Below are positions 12,006 to 25,570 of a stretch of 64,000 nucleotides of DNA, piece by piece. Every line of letters starts with the position of its first letter. Position 1 is the stretch's first letter. Source of the stretch: Lama glama (taxonomy: Eukaryota); NCBI GenBank assembly GCA_028534125.1, contig CM052818.1, positions 43,588,001 to 43,652,000 on the forward strand, given 5' to 3'. Both the position numbers and the translations under genes were made by a program. The notes beneath the pieces were generated by a model. That model saw only the letters and a list, made by a program, of their open reading frames with translations, was not told where the DNA came from and did no database searches.

Positions 12006-13949
12006 AATGGCATAAAAATATTCCAAGTGAAAAAGGAAAGAAACTGGCAATTCAAAATTCTATTTCAGTGGCCATACTGGTTATGAATTCATAAAAAAGA
12101 GACATTCTTAGATGAAGCAAAACTACTAGCATTTGTGCCAGCACACATTTTTTTTTTAAAGAAATGCTAAAGAAGAATCGCAGATAGAAGGAAGATGTAC
12201 CAAAAGAAAATTGGGAATATCGGGAACAAAAGAACTATAGTTTCTCTCTTTTTACTTGTAATATTTGGAGTTTTGGCAGTTTGTTTTCAGAGACATGGAT
12301 TTTGTGTAGTTTTATTTTCCCGTTATTGTTATCTTGTACTGGTTTTTGGAGAAAATATTTGGAAAAGACCTAGGCATAAGCTTCCATTGTCTTGAACCTG
12401 GAAGTCCCCAGTATGATTTCAGTTCCATCATCACCTCAAGGCTATGAGGCAACACAAATGCAGTTGCCTAACTCTGTGCTGTACAAATGAAAGCAAGATT
12501 AAATAACTTTAACCTCTCAAATCACCTTAGAAACAAGTATAGTTATATCAAATAAAGCATAAATTGACGCATTATAGACCTATCTTCAGCTAATATATCA
12601 CACTAGCTTTTTGGTTCAAGTATGCTATCTGTGGCCCACTACTAAAATGATCTTTGGTAGATAAAGTATCTGATGTGAAAATTAGGGCATTGGTTGTACA
12701 AAAGTTAATATTCGAGTTAAAACACCTTCATGCTTATCACAAAGATAAGACCTCCGAATCTCATAGCACACTTCCACAGGCCTCCTCCAGGGGGAGCACT
12801 GCGGAAGCTGCATTGTTTTATTATCAAGCGTGGCACGCAGTAGACTCAACGTGTTTACACCATTATTTAGCAAAGATACAGAATGCTGGGCATGATTGTT
12901 CAGGTTGGCTTTTTGAGTATTTATTATATAGATTCCACTGAATAAATCAATATGTGGGAAAGGTAACCTAGATGCTTTAACAATTACAATCCAGTTAGGT
13001 AATATATTAACTTTGAAAGAGCTCATTATTTTAAAAACACCATCCTTCACAAAATAACGTCCGCAGCCACCAAACTAAATAAAAAAAAGTCAAGTTAGTT
13101 TTCAGCAAAGTTATCTAATAAATCAAGATATTACTCACATTGTCAAAAAAATTAAAAATCACAATGAAACTCTCTGAAGGAAGAAAAACGGCATGTCGTA
13201 TTAAAGCACAGATTCCTTTCAACACTAAGACTAGAAGCCATATAAAGTCAAGGTGGCTGTGACCTTGCTTGAAAAAGAGAAGCCAGTCCAGATTAAAAGA
13301 GAGAAAAATGTACTAAAAGTTCACTGGAAAGAGGACGCCCCAGAGGTACGGAGAGAGGAACAGCAGCCTTTGTGCAATTTAATCTAAGCTGAGTTTTAAT
13401 TAAATTTATTCTCTATGGGTTTCCTGAAATATACCTGATATCCTCCTATTTTGCTGACCAACATTATATAAAATGTTCATTAAAGTAAGTCTGTGTTCTG
13501 CAGTCATAACATTTTAAAGGGGGACCAACCTAAGGGACATTAGCATATGTAAAATACCAAAACTGAGTTGTTTCCTTTCAGATTAATGGGTGATGTGCGA
13601 TAGAAATACAATATTACAGGTGAACTCTTGATAAACAGGAGCATTCCCTACCACAAAATCCTCCTCATTCTCTTTCTTACTTTTCATAGGAAAACTTTTA
13701 AAAAATTTCTGATGATTACCTCCATAAATATAAATGATCAAGATCTAACTCTATTGTATGTTGCGAATTGTGGCTCATCTCTAGTTTCTGCTGATTTTAA
13801 ACTCAATGTTTCTCCAACCAGATAGGCTTGTTTTAGTTTTGTTTTCACTCATGGTGTACTTAGGGTTATTTGTAATTTCATTCTTTTCTGTTTCAATAGT
13901 TGCTGTTTTTATTAGTTATTTCCCTGTAATTTGTAAGTGATAATTGTTT

Positions 13950-14690
13950 TTAACTGGCTATCTGAAAATAATTAGAAATTTATGGAGTTTGCAAGAAGAA
14001 TATTACAAAGAACATCCGTGTGCCCTGTTTTGGTCCATTTGTGCTGCTATAATAAAATGTCACAGATGGGGTAGCTTATAAACAACAAAAATTTAACTCT
14101 CACAGTTGTGGAGACTGGGAAGTCCAAGATCAGGGCACCAGCAGGACCACATGGTTGGGTCAGGGCTCTCTTCCTGGTTCATCGCCAGAGCCTCTTTGCT
14201 TTGTTCTTAATGTCGGCAGGGGCTACGGATCTCTGTCGGGTTTCTCTTAAATGAATATTAATCCCATTTCTGAAGGCTCTGCTCTCGTGACCCAAGCACC
14301 TCCCAGAGTCCCCATCTCTGCATACCATCATCTCTGCAGGTTAAAATGTCAGCATGTGAATCTGGGGAGGACACGAACACTCAGATCATAACACACCCGA
14401 GATCCAGGATCACATATTGGTAACATTTTACCCCGTTTCCCTGACCTCCTATCTCTCTCTCTATCAACCTCTCTCTCTCAACTTTTATTTATCACATAAG
14501 TTTTTTTTCTAGACCATGTGAGAGTAATATGCATACATCAAAGCCCTTTACCCCTAAATGCTTCAGTGTTTACTAACTAAGAACGGGGAGACTTTCTACA
14601 TAACAGTGTTTTTTCAATAATAACAAATTTAATACTAAACAACGCTTTTGTCAACTCTGCCATCTATATTACAATTCTAATGATTATTCT
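13950..14690 (-). mobile_element. L1MC4/5-type LINE-1 3' end, interrupted by MLT1
   Basis: gagtttgcaagaagaatattacaaagaacatccgtgtgccc...ggtaacattttacccc...gccctttacccctaaatgcttcagtgt. Confidence 0.7.
14026..14393 (-). mobile_element. MLT1A-type MaLR solo LTR
   Basis: TG..CA termini: tgttttggtccatttgtgctgctataataaaatgtcacagatggggtagcttataaacaac...ggggaggacacgaacactcagatcataaca. Confidence 0.9.
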
Positions 14691-15119
14691 TACTTTAGTT
14701 TTCTACCAACTTGAGTGAAATATGTAATTCAGTCTCTTTAAAATATTAATACAAGTGCCAGCAATGTGTTAAAAGAAGCAGATGCACTACATTGGAATTT
14801 TGATTTGTGGTAACGCTTTTGGATGTATTTTAAAACATGTCCAGACATCTCTAAGTAGACATGCCCATAAATTCTATTTCTGTTCATTTCTAAGGAACTC
14901 ATAATAAATGTCTCCATGCTTTTAGGTTAGACAAGTGCCTATCCCAATAGTATGTATAAGCATTTAAATTACAGAAAAATATTTAAATACTTATCAGAGA
15001 CACAACTGGAAAGAACAAAGTGATAGCAATTATTATCTCTATTTGGTAAGAACAGGGCAGATTTTCTTCCTTTTTAGATCTGTGTTTGCCAGATTTTATA
15101 TTGTGAATAAATATAATAA

Positions 15120-15345
15120 AAACAGTATTTATTGGGTGTTTTAAAGTATGCATGCAAATTCTGAGCCCTTGACATGTATTACACTATGTAATTATCAAGC
15201 AAATCTATAAGCTTGGTACTATATTTATTTGTTTAAATGAGGGGCATTATGCACAGAGTTATGGAGGAAAATAGGGAGTGGTAGAGCAGCGATTTTTATA
15301 AGGAAATCTGGCTGCAGACCTCGTGCTCTTAAATCCTGTGTCATA
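15120..15345 (-). mobile_element. MIR SINE fragment
   Basis: tatttattgggtgtt...ctgagcccttgacatgtattac...ggtactatatt...aaatctggctgcagacctcgtgctcttaa. Confidence 0.6.
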
Positions 15346-16129
15346 ATGAACGTGTTACCCTTGCAATAGGTGAAAAACATAAACATAAACATAAAAATGA
15401 CTGAAAATTTTCAATATATTATAACAGTAATTTAGAATAGTTTCAATATTATACAGTGTGAACATAAAACAGTCTATTATTTAGAATGTGATTGTTACAC
15501 ACAAGTCTGATTTGTGAGTAGCAATCATTCAATAAAATCTAATTAAAGTCAATAATTTAATTTCCCCATCTGATGGGGTAGATCAATTTCAGATAAATTC
15601 TGAGAATATAGAGTTTAAATGCTAAGAGTCTGCTGTTTAAAAGAAAGAGATAAGAAATTAAAAGTCTGTTGATCATCCACGGTAAAATGTACTTAGATAC
15701 GTTTGAGAAATAGGACATGCTACTGAAATAGAATTAACTTTCAATTTCTCATTTCTTCTTAAGGCAATATTTCAGTAGATTAACTATTATTAAGAAATTT
15801 AAGTGCAGTGAAAAATTATGGCCCAGAGAGAGGAAGAACCTTTTGCTGAGGAAGCAGTACAGTGTACCACCTCCATCCAAGCATAAACATACCAGGATGA
15901 CCTTAACGCCTACCTTATTTTTTATGTCTGCATAAAGCTGCGAAGTGTGCCTGCAATTAGGACGACGGGGTAAGGAGAAAATAATAAAAATGTGTGAGGT
16001 CAGAATCTTTACAGGGAATGAATAGAGATGATTCTAGGATTTATAATATATATCTTCAACTTCAGATAACACACCACTGAACATACAGTGCACAACCTTA
16101 CACGAATACATTGCTGTTTCCCCCTTCCA

Positions 16130-16510
16130 TTCTGTGTGCTCTAGAGTTGTTTGGCTGACCCTGTTCTGGTGGTGTTTCCTACGTGCAGGTCGGATCCTAA
16201 CCAAAAATTGGGGGTTCCTCTGCAGGTCTCTGGAGCTGTCTGTGCAGTTTCACCTTTTCTCAATGCTCTGCCCTGCACACCCAGCCCCAACCCCTCAAGC
16301 TCCCCTTTTGTAGATCTCTGTCTCCTCAACTCAGAGAGACCATTTGGATTTTTCTTCCCTATAGCAGCCTGGAAATTGTCTCCCAGTAGGAAGTCAGTGT
16401 AGTTCTAGGGTCAGTTCATTTCTTTCCTCTCTGGGATCGCAGTCCTTTGCTGCCTGTGGATCAGGGTCTGAAAATAACCTTTTCATAGATCTTGTCCTAG
16501 AGGGCAATTT
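16130..16510 (-). mobile_element. Old L1M/L1ME 5' region fragment
   Basis: cctctgcaggtctctggagctg...ctctgtctcctcaactcag...gcagcctggaaattgtctcc...gggatcgcagtcctttgctgcctgt. Confidence 0.65.
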
Positions 16511-18239
16511 CCACAGGAGTTTGTTCTCCAGGGTGGAAGCCTTTTGCTTCCCTCTTCCACCATCTGCTTTGCTGGTCCTGCTGTCTCTCTGTCACTTAGT
16601 GTTTGGGCCATGGCTTCCCTGAGTTTCAGCCATCTCAGCAGTGCCTGGTAACATAGCCTCCCTGGGGTCCAGCCACGGTGCTAAATACTGTGCTTCCATA
16701 TTAGCAAAGTCTCTGTTATCCAACTTTATTTTCTCTTTCACTTAGCACTGTCAGAATCCTGTCCTATCCATATTTATCCATTTATATTTATCTGCTTCTG
16801 CCACTACACGTTGTAGGGTAGGTCCCATATCTCCTGGATGTAGGCCCTTTTTTTTGTGTACAGAACCTCTGCTTCCATGGCTAGGTGATGCTGTGACAAG
16901 TCCCTAGAGGGACCACTTTAAAAAATAAAGTTTATTCCTCACACACAAAAAAAGTTTTAGTAGTGAATTGTTGGTCTCAGAGAAGGAGAGTGATTCATTT
17001 CAGAAGTAGATTGGATCAATAGTTTGACTTTAGCCAACAAAATAAAAATACTAGTTTGAATCCTGGATTTTAGTGCACTTATATTATACAGAAGGCTGGA
17101 GCTGGTCCATCCTTGACAGCAGTCAGTGTTCTCACACTCAACATAATCTTATGTAAGGCATCATTAAATAGGAGAATGAACGTAATAAATGATGGGAAAC
17201 AAGGATTTCTAATAGTTTTCTCATCTCATCCTTAGCCTGCATGACACTAGATTTTTTATATTTAAGACAATAGTTAATGGTGTAAATCCAAGGTGCCAAA
17301 CTGACCAAAATAAATTGAGCTAATCTAGCATAAACACACCTGTGATTGCTGTGTAATTGGATTCCAATGATGTATTTTTATAACAACAAAATATATGTGC
17401 TTCTTGTCATAAGATTATATTCTATTCTGCCTGGTGATTACAGTAAATCTCACACCAGGTAGAGCATCCCTTAAAATGACTGTACAGCACTGGCCTGAGC
17501 AAGATTTTCAAGTTTATGGGTGGCCTTGACAATACTTGCCCTTAAAAAAATATGCCTTTATGCTTCGACAAACACCATCATGAATAGTAGTTGCATCCAC
17601 AAATTCTTTGTCACTTAGCTGTTATAAAGATGTGTTTTTCCTTTGAAAAATCAATTTGACGTTTTTGAGGTGACTTTAAATCTTAGATTGTTTTGAGATT
17701 CGTAAAGGACGGCAGTATCTCCTCATGACCCATCTGGTGCCTCCATTCTGCTCTGTTCTTGACAGGTAGCTGCTCACTCAGATCAGGTGAGCATTGCACT
17801 GCTTCCTGAAGGAACGTAGTCCAGATATGTCCAGCTGAGATGATTAAAAATTTCTATGTTCTCCCAATTCCCAACACTGGTTCTGGACATCACTTAATGC
17901 CCATAGAACGAACACAGATTTTTCTTCCATGTAACAAGCTATCAGATATCTGAAGTCAGCTTGAATAATATAATTATATAATCTATATTCCATGTGCAGG
18001 GAGTGAGGGGAGACCAGTTTCCTTCCTTAATAGGCTAGACCATAGTTGGCTTAGTTAAAATACAATGTATGTGATATTATTCAGAACCCACTTATCCTTT
18101 TCTCCCAGATATTTCTAACTAATATGAATTATATGCGTTTCCTCAAGACTGTAAGTTACATAAGAAGAGATATCACAACTTACTCTATTTTTAACTCCAC
18201 AATTTAAGACCAAACATGTGAAAGAAAAGGATTTCAGAT

Positions 18240-19250
18240 TTGATTAGGGTTTTAGGCACTGAGTATCAATTATACGTCAGACACTACAAGCCATGTTCAG
18301 GAAGCAGATATGGTAAGGTACAGAAACTATCCTCAAGGACCTTACGATGTGCTGAGAGAGAAAGTCATATAAATGATTTCTGTGTAGCAAGCACCTATAT
18401 GCAAACTGCTCTCAGGGCACAAAAGATGTGATAACCCTTCCTGCGTTGCAGCAAAAGATATTTTAGTATAACATTTCAGGTGAGATCTGAAGAATGAGAT
18501 AAGGCAGACAAAAGAGGGAGGGCATTCTAGAAAGAAGAAAGAGTTTTGGCAAAAACAAAGAGGCATGGAAAGTGTAACATCAGTAGTTCAGAGAACAGAG
18601 CACGTGGGAAGTGAAGAGAGGCATGGCTGGATGTGTACGTCCAGCCAAATGTCACTTCCTCGTGTGCCATGCAGGTGGGGTTTCACATTAGTTCACTGGC
18701 CGTGGGTAACCACTGAAGGGTTTTCAGCAAAGCAGTAACATTCTGAATTCCACTAACAGCTCTGTGGAAAGTAAACTGATGCTGAAGGCAATGAAGTTTA
18801 AAAAAAATTTAAATATTTCAAATAATCCAACTGAAAGGTGAACCTGGGGAAGAAATCCTTAGTGAGTCTGAAGAGGAAGTTGGAATCTGAGAAATACTAG
18901 AGAACTCAACGGACTTGGTGATTGTCTGGTTAAAAGGAAATAGAAGTCTAAGTTACCTCAGTGTTTCTGCCTTTGGACTGGGCAGTGAGAAGATGGTCTC
19001 ATTAATTTTTGTAAGGGATACATGAAGATAAGTCCATGTGGAAAAAAATGTTGAGTTTTGCACATTTTGATTTTATAATGTCAGTGAAAATTAAAGGTAG
19101 CAAAGCTCAGGAAGCAGTTTTAAATATGTGGGGATCTGCATTATGAGTAACAAAAGTCAGGGTACACAGATCTGCATTATGACTAACAGAAGTCAAGGTA
19201 CACAGGAAAACAGAAGGTCACAGGGAAAACAAAAGACATGCAGAGGAAGT
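18240..19250 (-). mobile_element. L2 LINE fragment
   Basis: cactgagtatcaattatacgtcagacact...gagatctgaagaatgagat...gggcattctagaaag...ccactgaagggttttcagca...ggacttggtgattgtctgg. Confidence 0.75.
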
Positions 19251-19399
19251 GACCATGATGAAAATACTAGGAATTATAATACTAGGAATTATAAGGAGAT
19301 GTCATTAAAGCTTTTTAGAAGGGCCATTCCCTTTGTATTCTGTGAGCTTAAGTCCTACAGGGTTGTTTAACCCAAGAACTTAAGTCATCTGATGGATAC

Positions 19400-19495
19400 C
19401 ATTGTGGATTTTTTTTTCCAACAATATTGAGATACAACTAACATACAGCATATAAGTTTGAAGTATATAATGTGATGATTTGATACTATTGTTAA
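19400..19495 (-). mobile_element. Short L1 3' tail
   Basis: tttttccaacaatattgagatacaactaacatacagcatataagtttgaagtatataatgtgatgatttgata. Confidence 0.7.
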
Positions 19496-19607
19496 GTTAC
19501 TATTAAGTATAAGATTCTTAACTTAGTTTCATACATTTTGGTAGCAATGCTAAAAACAGGGTATACTGAGTAGGAGCTTACAGGGTTTGTTTTATGCATG
19601 TGTAGTG

Positions 19608-19630
19608 GTGTGTGTGTGTGTGTGTGTGTG
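19608..19630. repeat. (TG)n microsatellite
   Basis: gtgtgtgtgtgtgtgtgtgtgtg. Confidence 0.95.
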
Positions 19631-19664
19631 CGCACATGGTATAGGGTGAGTTTATTTATAAGAC

Positions 19665-20030
19665 TATTGGCTAGGTTGCTGTTTTAAAATAGTTTCCATA
19701 ATCAAATGTCCCAACAAGGTAAAAGTTTTCCTCCTGACAGTAACAGTGTAGGGTAGGAGGAGATTCTGCTCCAGGAGGTCACCCAGGGACCCAGCCTGTG
19801 AAGTTCTATTATGAGGTTTTCTTTTCTGGATCTAAGACAGCTTCTCCAAACAGCACCACTTTTCAGGCAAGAAGGAGAAGGAAAGAGAGGGTTCAGAGAA
19901 AATGACTTTGTTTTTAAGGAAATTAACTTGAAATCGTTAATTTTTCACATAAACTTTTGGTTCAAACTTGGCTGCGTGGTCAGACCTAATTGCCAGTAAG
20001 GTTGGAAAAAAAAAAAAAAGTCTATCTGAG
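19665..20030 (-). mobile_element. Old MLT1 (J-M type) MaLR LTR fragment
   Basis: ctaggttgctgtt...ctgctccaggaggtcacccagggacccagc...aaacttggctgcgtggtcagacctaattgc. Confidence 0.55.
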
Positions 20031-20479
20031 CATACCATATTCTATATTAAGCTAAAATTCAGCTCCTAAGGGTAGAATCAATGAATTGAGAATAGGTTTT
20101 GGAATAAAAATTGTCTCCTCATTGGTAAGAAAGATATAGTTAAAGAGGAAAAGATGACAGAATCATAACCTTTCAAAATTCTGTGTGGCTCATTAATGCC
20201 AGTTTAGTCTTCCACACAGTTTCCAGGCATAGAGTTTCATGGAATGATGCCTCAGAGAACATATTTCTCGTCATTCCTGGGATCTTCTCTCACAAAAGAA
20301 TAAGCAGAGATGTATTGCTTTCCTCCAATCCTGTTACTTTGTGTATAATAAAGCTTATTCACAGTGTTAGTATCTTTTTAAAGTGTATTATTTCTTAAAT
20401 GATAGTAGAAAAAACTATGTTTGGCTGATGGAGACATGAGGGAGTTTCTTATCCCCTCCACCAGAAACGAGTATAAAAC

Positions 20480-22230
20480 ATGTCAGTAATTGAAAAAAAG
20501 GCATTTACCCAAATCCCATATGTGTACATGATAACTCTTAGAATAGTAAGACCAGAAAAACCGTGAAACACCGTAATCCTCAATGGTAATATACTGAATG
20601 TTGTCTACCTAAAATTATTAAGAAGGGAAAAATGTCTACTTTCAAACTTCTGTTCAACACAGTGCTGGACGTAGTAGCCCGTGTAATAAGGCAAGGAAAA
20701 TAAATTAAGACAAACAGATTAGTAAGAAGGAAGTAAGATTATTTTATTTGCAAACAACATTATAATTTACATAAAAATCAGTCTATAAAATCTGCAAGAA
20801 TAGGGACTACAGCCAATAAGTAAATTTCATGGTGGTAAAATAAAGCATTCATATGCAGAAGTCAATTGTATTTTATATTCTAGTAACAATCCAAAAATGA
20901 AGTTGAAAAGCTGATATTATGCAAAAATACAGGACTTAAGAGAAAATTTAACTGCAATAGTTTGCTAAGAAAAAATAAATAAGAAATCACGATGTGCATG
21001 TTTTGAAAGACACAATATTGTTAAGATGGCATTTCTGCACAAATTAATCTGTAGATTCCATGCGATCCCTATCAGATCCCACTAGGCTGCTTCTGAGAAA
21101 ACTGACAAGTCCAAAATTTTTAAAGAAATGTAAATGGTCTATAATAGCTGAAACAATTAAACAGGAAAAAATTTTATAGAACTTCCACTGTCTAATTTCA
21201 AGACAAACTATAAAGTTACAATAAAAAACAGTCTATATTTGGCATTAGCACTGATTATACACACACACACACACACACACAATACAAAAATATACCCACA
21301 TATATATGATCAAATGATGTACGCCAAAAATGCCAAGAAAATTCAATGACAAAAATGACAGCTTTCTCAACAAATCATGTTAAAACAACTGGATACATCA
21401 TATTCCAAAAAGCAAACCTAAAACCATAAAATATGTAAAAGAAACATAAGATAAAATCTTTGTAACTTTGTGCTAGGCGATATATTCTTATGTAGAATGC
21501 CAAAGCATAAACCATTAAAAAGTGATAACTGATAAATTGTCTTCATCAAATTTAAAAACTTTGTCTCTTCCAAAGCCACTATTAGAAAATTAAAACGCAA
21601 GCCATGTATTTGAGGAATATACTTGCAAAATATATATATTGATAAAGAACTATGTATCTAGAATATATAATACAATTATAATTTAAGAATAAGAAAATCA
21701 AAACCATATAAAGTGAGCAGAGGATTTAAATACACACTCTACCAAAGAAAATGTACAAATGTCAAGAAAGCACATGAAAAGGGGCTTAAGGTCATTAGCC
21801 TTTAAAAATTGAATATAATACCACAATAACATACCACAACACGCCCACCAGAATGCTAAGGATTTGGAGAAGCCTCACATATTGCTGATAATATTTGTCA
21901 GTTTAAAGTTGTACAGCCATATTGGAAAAGAGTTTGGTAGTTCCTAAAAAAGTAGAAGGCACTTCTATCATATTTCACAGATCTTCTGCTAATGATTGTT
22001 TACCTAAAACAAATAAAAACAAATGTCTGCACAAAGATTTGTATGCTGCTGATGAGAGCAGTATTATTAATAAGAGCAAAACCTGAGCTGGTTTAAGAGT
22101 GAGATATAGCCATACAAGGCAATACCACTCAGCAAAGGAAGGAGGAAAGACGCAAACTACTAATGCGTGCAGTAGCAGGAATGAGTCTCAAAAACATCAC
22201 CACCTTGAAGGGGGGGTGACTGACAAGGAT
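20480..22230 (+). mobile_element. Old L1 (L1ME/MC-type), ORF2 RT region to 3' UTR, decayed
   Basis: ctgttcaacacagtgctggacgtagtagcc (LFNIVLEVLA-like), ttatttgcaaacaacat (LFADD-like), aagacacaatattgttaagatggca, aaagcacatgaaaagg; contains (AC)n at 21259-21280. Confidence 0.9.
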
Positions 22231-22624
22231 CAGACAAAACAGAGATAACACTGAAGGGCCTCGAGAGCCAGACTTCTGTCCTGTCTGTCTGAAGTGCGTG
22301 GACTGAGCAATAGGAATGGCCAGATTCCAACCCTGCTCTGACTGCAGCCATCAGGACAACCTGCCTTGAGGGCATCCAAGACCGATTCTGTTACCCCAGT
22401 CCTCCCAGCTGGGAGATGTCCCTCTTCCTGCCTATCACACGACTAAATCATTATTTGAAAAGTGCAAGTCATTGTGCAGACTGTTTTGGTTTTTTTTCAT
22501 GTCATTTCCGTCTCTTCGTCCGCCGTTCCTGAGAGTACCTGGAAAACAGAAAAGTGATCATATCTAAGGATATATTATTTACAGTTATCACAGAACAGCA
22601 TTAATTCAGTGTTCAGTACGAGAG

Positions 22625-22925
22625 TTGCATGCTTCTTTCCCTAACGGGCTAGTGGTAAATGTTTTAGGATTGCCGGCCATTCAATATATTGTATCTATTC
22701 ATTTCTGCTGCTACAGTATAAAAGCAGCCAGAGACAGATCCATGAATGTGTCTGTGTTTCAAGAATACTTTGTTTAGGGCTAGTGGCATTTGCATTTCAT
22801 GTAACTGTTATTATTATTTTGATTATTCTTGGGTGGATAAAAATGTAAAAAGCATTCTTAGTTCCCGGGCCATTCAAAAGCAGGCAGCAGGAGGAGATGC
22901 CCGGGGGCCATAGCTCGCTGTTCCG
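22625..22925. mobile_element. MER58B-like hAT-Charlie DNA transposon
   Basis: gggctagtggtaaatgttttagg...gtataaaagcagccagagaca...aaaatgtaaaagcattcttagttcccgggccattcaaaagcaggc...gggccatag. Confidence 0.75.
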
Positions 22926-24622
22926 GGTGTGGGATGGGGCATAACCCACCCACATCGCGCCCGCAGAGCCAGAAGTCTTAGCACGCCGCCTCACCAAACA
23001 CTGGGGGAAACTTACTGTGGGGCTTCTCGGTGCCGTGGCGTCTACTCCGTCCTCCAGTTGTTCTGAATCGCACCTTTCTTTGACCTCAGGACAAACTGGT
23101 CATCCCAGTTGTCTGTGAGTCCATAGGACTCACTGCAGGGAGGAGACGGAGCAATTAGGAAAAGGAACGTTCTTCCTCGTTCACTCTGAGGCACTACGTC
23201 GTCACCCTGCAGCTACTTCTCTCTTTAGGCTTTTTCAACTGGAAAGAAAGCCACACTCATATGCTTCCCCCCACTCAAGACTCGAACAAAGCCATGGTGT
23301 TCATGACCAGGCTATGCAGCTGCATCACTCGCTGTGTGCCGTGAGACTTCTTGATAACTGCTGAGGGTCTCAGGACTACCCCGCTGGCTGTCATCTTGTA
23401 GCTCTTCATTGGAAACAAAATGCTGCTGCATTGCTGGAGTTTTTTTTGTCATTGCCTACTTCCTAATTTATGGGGGCAGACATCAGTCTGCTTCTAAAAC
23501 ACTTGCATTACACTAAAGTACTCTGTCTCTATAATATCTTGCCCACTGACCTGTTAAGTGTTCAAGGAAAAATGTGAAAAAAAGTATATATTGTGAATAT
23601 GTGCTTGGAAGTGTCATGCTTTAGTGAAAGTTACAGCTTTCCCCTTCAGCTTAAGTACAGAGAATGATTGGGTAGCACTTTTGCAAATTTTCAAATGAAA
23701 TCTATGTAATATGTACGGTGGAATGAGAGCTAAATGTGCTTTTAAAATTATTGGAAACTATATATCACTACGTGAACTGGTCATTTATCACGCAATCAAG
23801 TTTTTATTGGAAATTCTGACACCAGTCTCCTTCCCTAGAAAACCTTGAAACCCTATTTTAAAAGTAGAATCACATGGTACTGTGAAAGGAAAAAACAAAA
23901 AGATAAAAATGCCTTTCATTTTTAGTGCCTCCTCCAATGTGAAAATTTATAATTACGTTTCAGTAATTATTTATTAGTGAAAATGTATAATTATCTTTTA
24001 ACAATTATTCTTTGCATAATAGAATATCTAACTTTCCATTTATCTATTTTATTATCCTCTAATAACAACACATTTTAAACATCAAAAGAGAACTCAAAGC
24101 TCAAAGATTTTCAGAGTGACAAAAATAGTAGAGATTTGAAAGAAGAGAGATGAAACCCTGGCTTCTCAATTTATTGACTGTATAGTTCTGGCCAAACCAG
24201 TTAATATCCAAACTTCAGTTTACTCACTTGAAAATGAACTTATTTTCAGAATTATTGATAAAATAAAATAATGAATGCTGTGTGTGAGAGAAAGTGAATG
24301 TTCAATGTCAAAGTGAATATTAGAGTCATATATTAAAAAGAATTAACTGCAAGTTTTAAGGATCGTATTTACATCTGCAGAGCATGAGAGCCACAGAAGG
24401 GCTTACGGGCCATCTCTTAACCATCTCTTAACCTACATCAGACACAGAGACTGATGCTCAGAGGTAGGAAGTGATCAATTTGAGTACATCCAAAGAAATA
24501 ATAGTAGTTTGGTAGGAAGTGATTGATTTGAGTACATCCAAAGAAATAATAGTACTTTCTTCTTTAACAACATGGTCTTTAAACTTCCGATTGGATGTGC
24601 TTTCTCTCCATAATGTACCTGC

Positions 24623-24806
24623 TTAGTGTTGCCACGTTTAACAAACAAACACACAGGATGCCCAGCTGTATTTGATTTTCAGAATTACTTATTATTTTCA
24701 GTATGTGTTCTATGCAATATTTGGGACACGCTTATATTAAAAATTATTGGTGCTTATCTGGAATTCAAATTTAACTGGACATCCTGCATTTTATCTGGCA
24801 GCTCAA
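24623..24806. mobile_element. MER53-like palindromic hAT MITE
   Basis: Inverted arms: tagtgttgcca...acaggatgcccagctgtatttgattttcaga versus tctggaattcaaatttaactggacatcctgcattttatctggcagc. Confidence 0.85.
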
Positions 24807-25319
24807 TATACAATAAGAAAAGGCAATGGTTACAGAAGCCGAGAACATGCAGTTTTAAACCTCTGAAAACCTCAGCTTTGGCCAAAGACCTTCACTGGGA
24901 AAAATCTTTTCCCCCTTAAATGCGCAGTCACTGTCATTCAACTTCAGAGAGTTTATTCGTAGAAATCCATCGTTCCTCCTTCTAGGACTCACAGGGTACT
25001 TCAGTTCTAATTTCGTTGAATTAATCACATTCTGCCATGAACTACATGTTAGAGGTATATATGCTAGCCTGTCCTACCCTTTTGTGAGCTCCCAGAGGCT
25101 GGATATTGTTGCTCTTTCTACACTATAAATTAGTGTATATGCTCTATGTGTAGCTCAGTGTCTTAGAAGCAACATTGGAGCTACCCAGTATAAGTTTAAA
25201 GAGGGTTTCCTTAAGAATAATGGCTCTGTTTCCAAGATTGTACCAGCCTGATGTCATCCTTTTACATCCATCATCACCGTTATCTGCATCTTACTTATCA
25301 TCACAAGGAGGCCACCACT

Positions 25320-25570
25320 GACTATTGAATGCTTAATGTATTCATGGAACTATGATAATTACTTAGAATCCAGTTCATATATTCATATAAACCTCACAAC
25401 AATCTTAATAGTTAAATTCTCATGATTCTTCTGATTCTTACTTTTCTGATGGGGAAACTAAGCCTAGAAATTAGAATAAGGAATACTGGTTAGGTTGCCC
25501 ATGATTGCATAATAGGAAACAGCGTATTTGGGATGCAAATACAAGATCCTGTGTTTTAACTACTTCTGGA
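25320..25570 (-). mobile_element. MIR SINE fragment
   Basis: tattgaatgcttaatgt...cctcacaacaatctt...ttttctgatggggaaactaagcctaga. Confidence 0.6.

Noticed and set aside
14021..14398. TGCCC/CACCC as the MLT1A TSD
   Set aside because: Only 3/5 identical and both words can come from the host L1MC sequence, so not used as evidence
24623..24806. Long hairpin as a novel miRNA or ncRNA
   Set aside because: Explained by the palindromic MER53-type MITE
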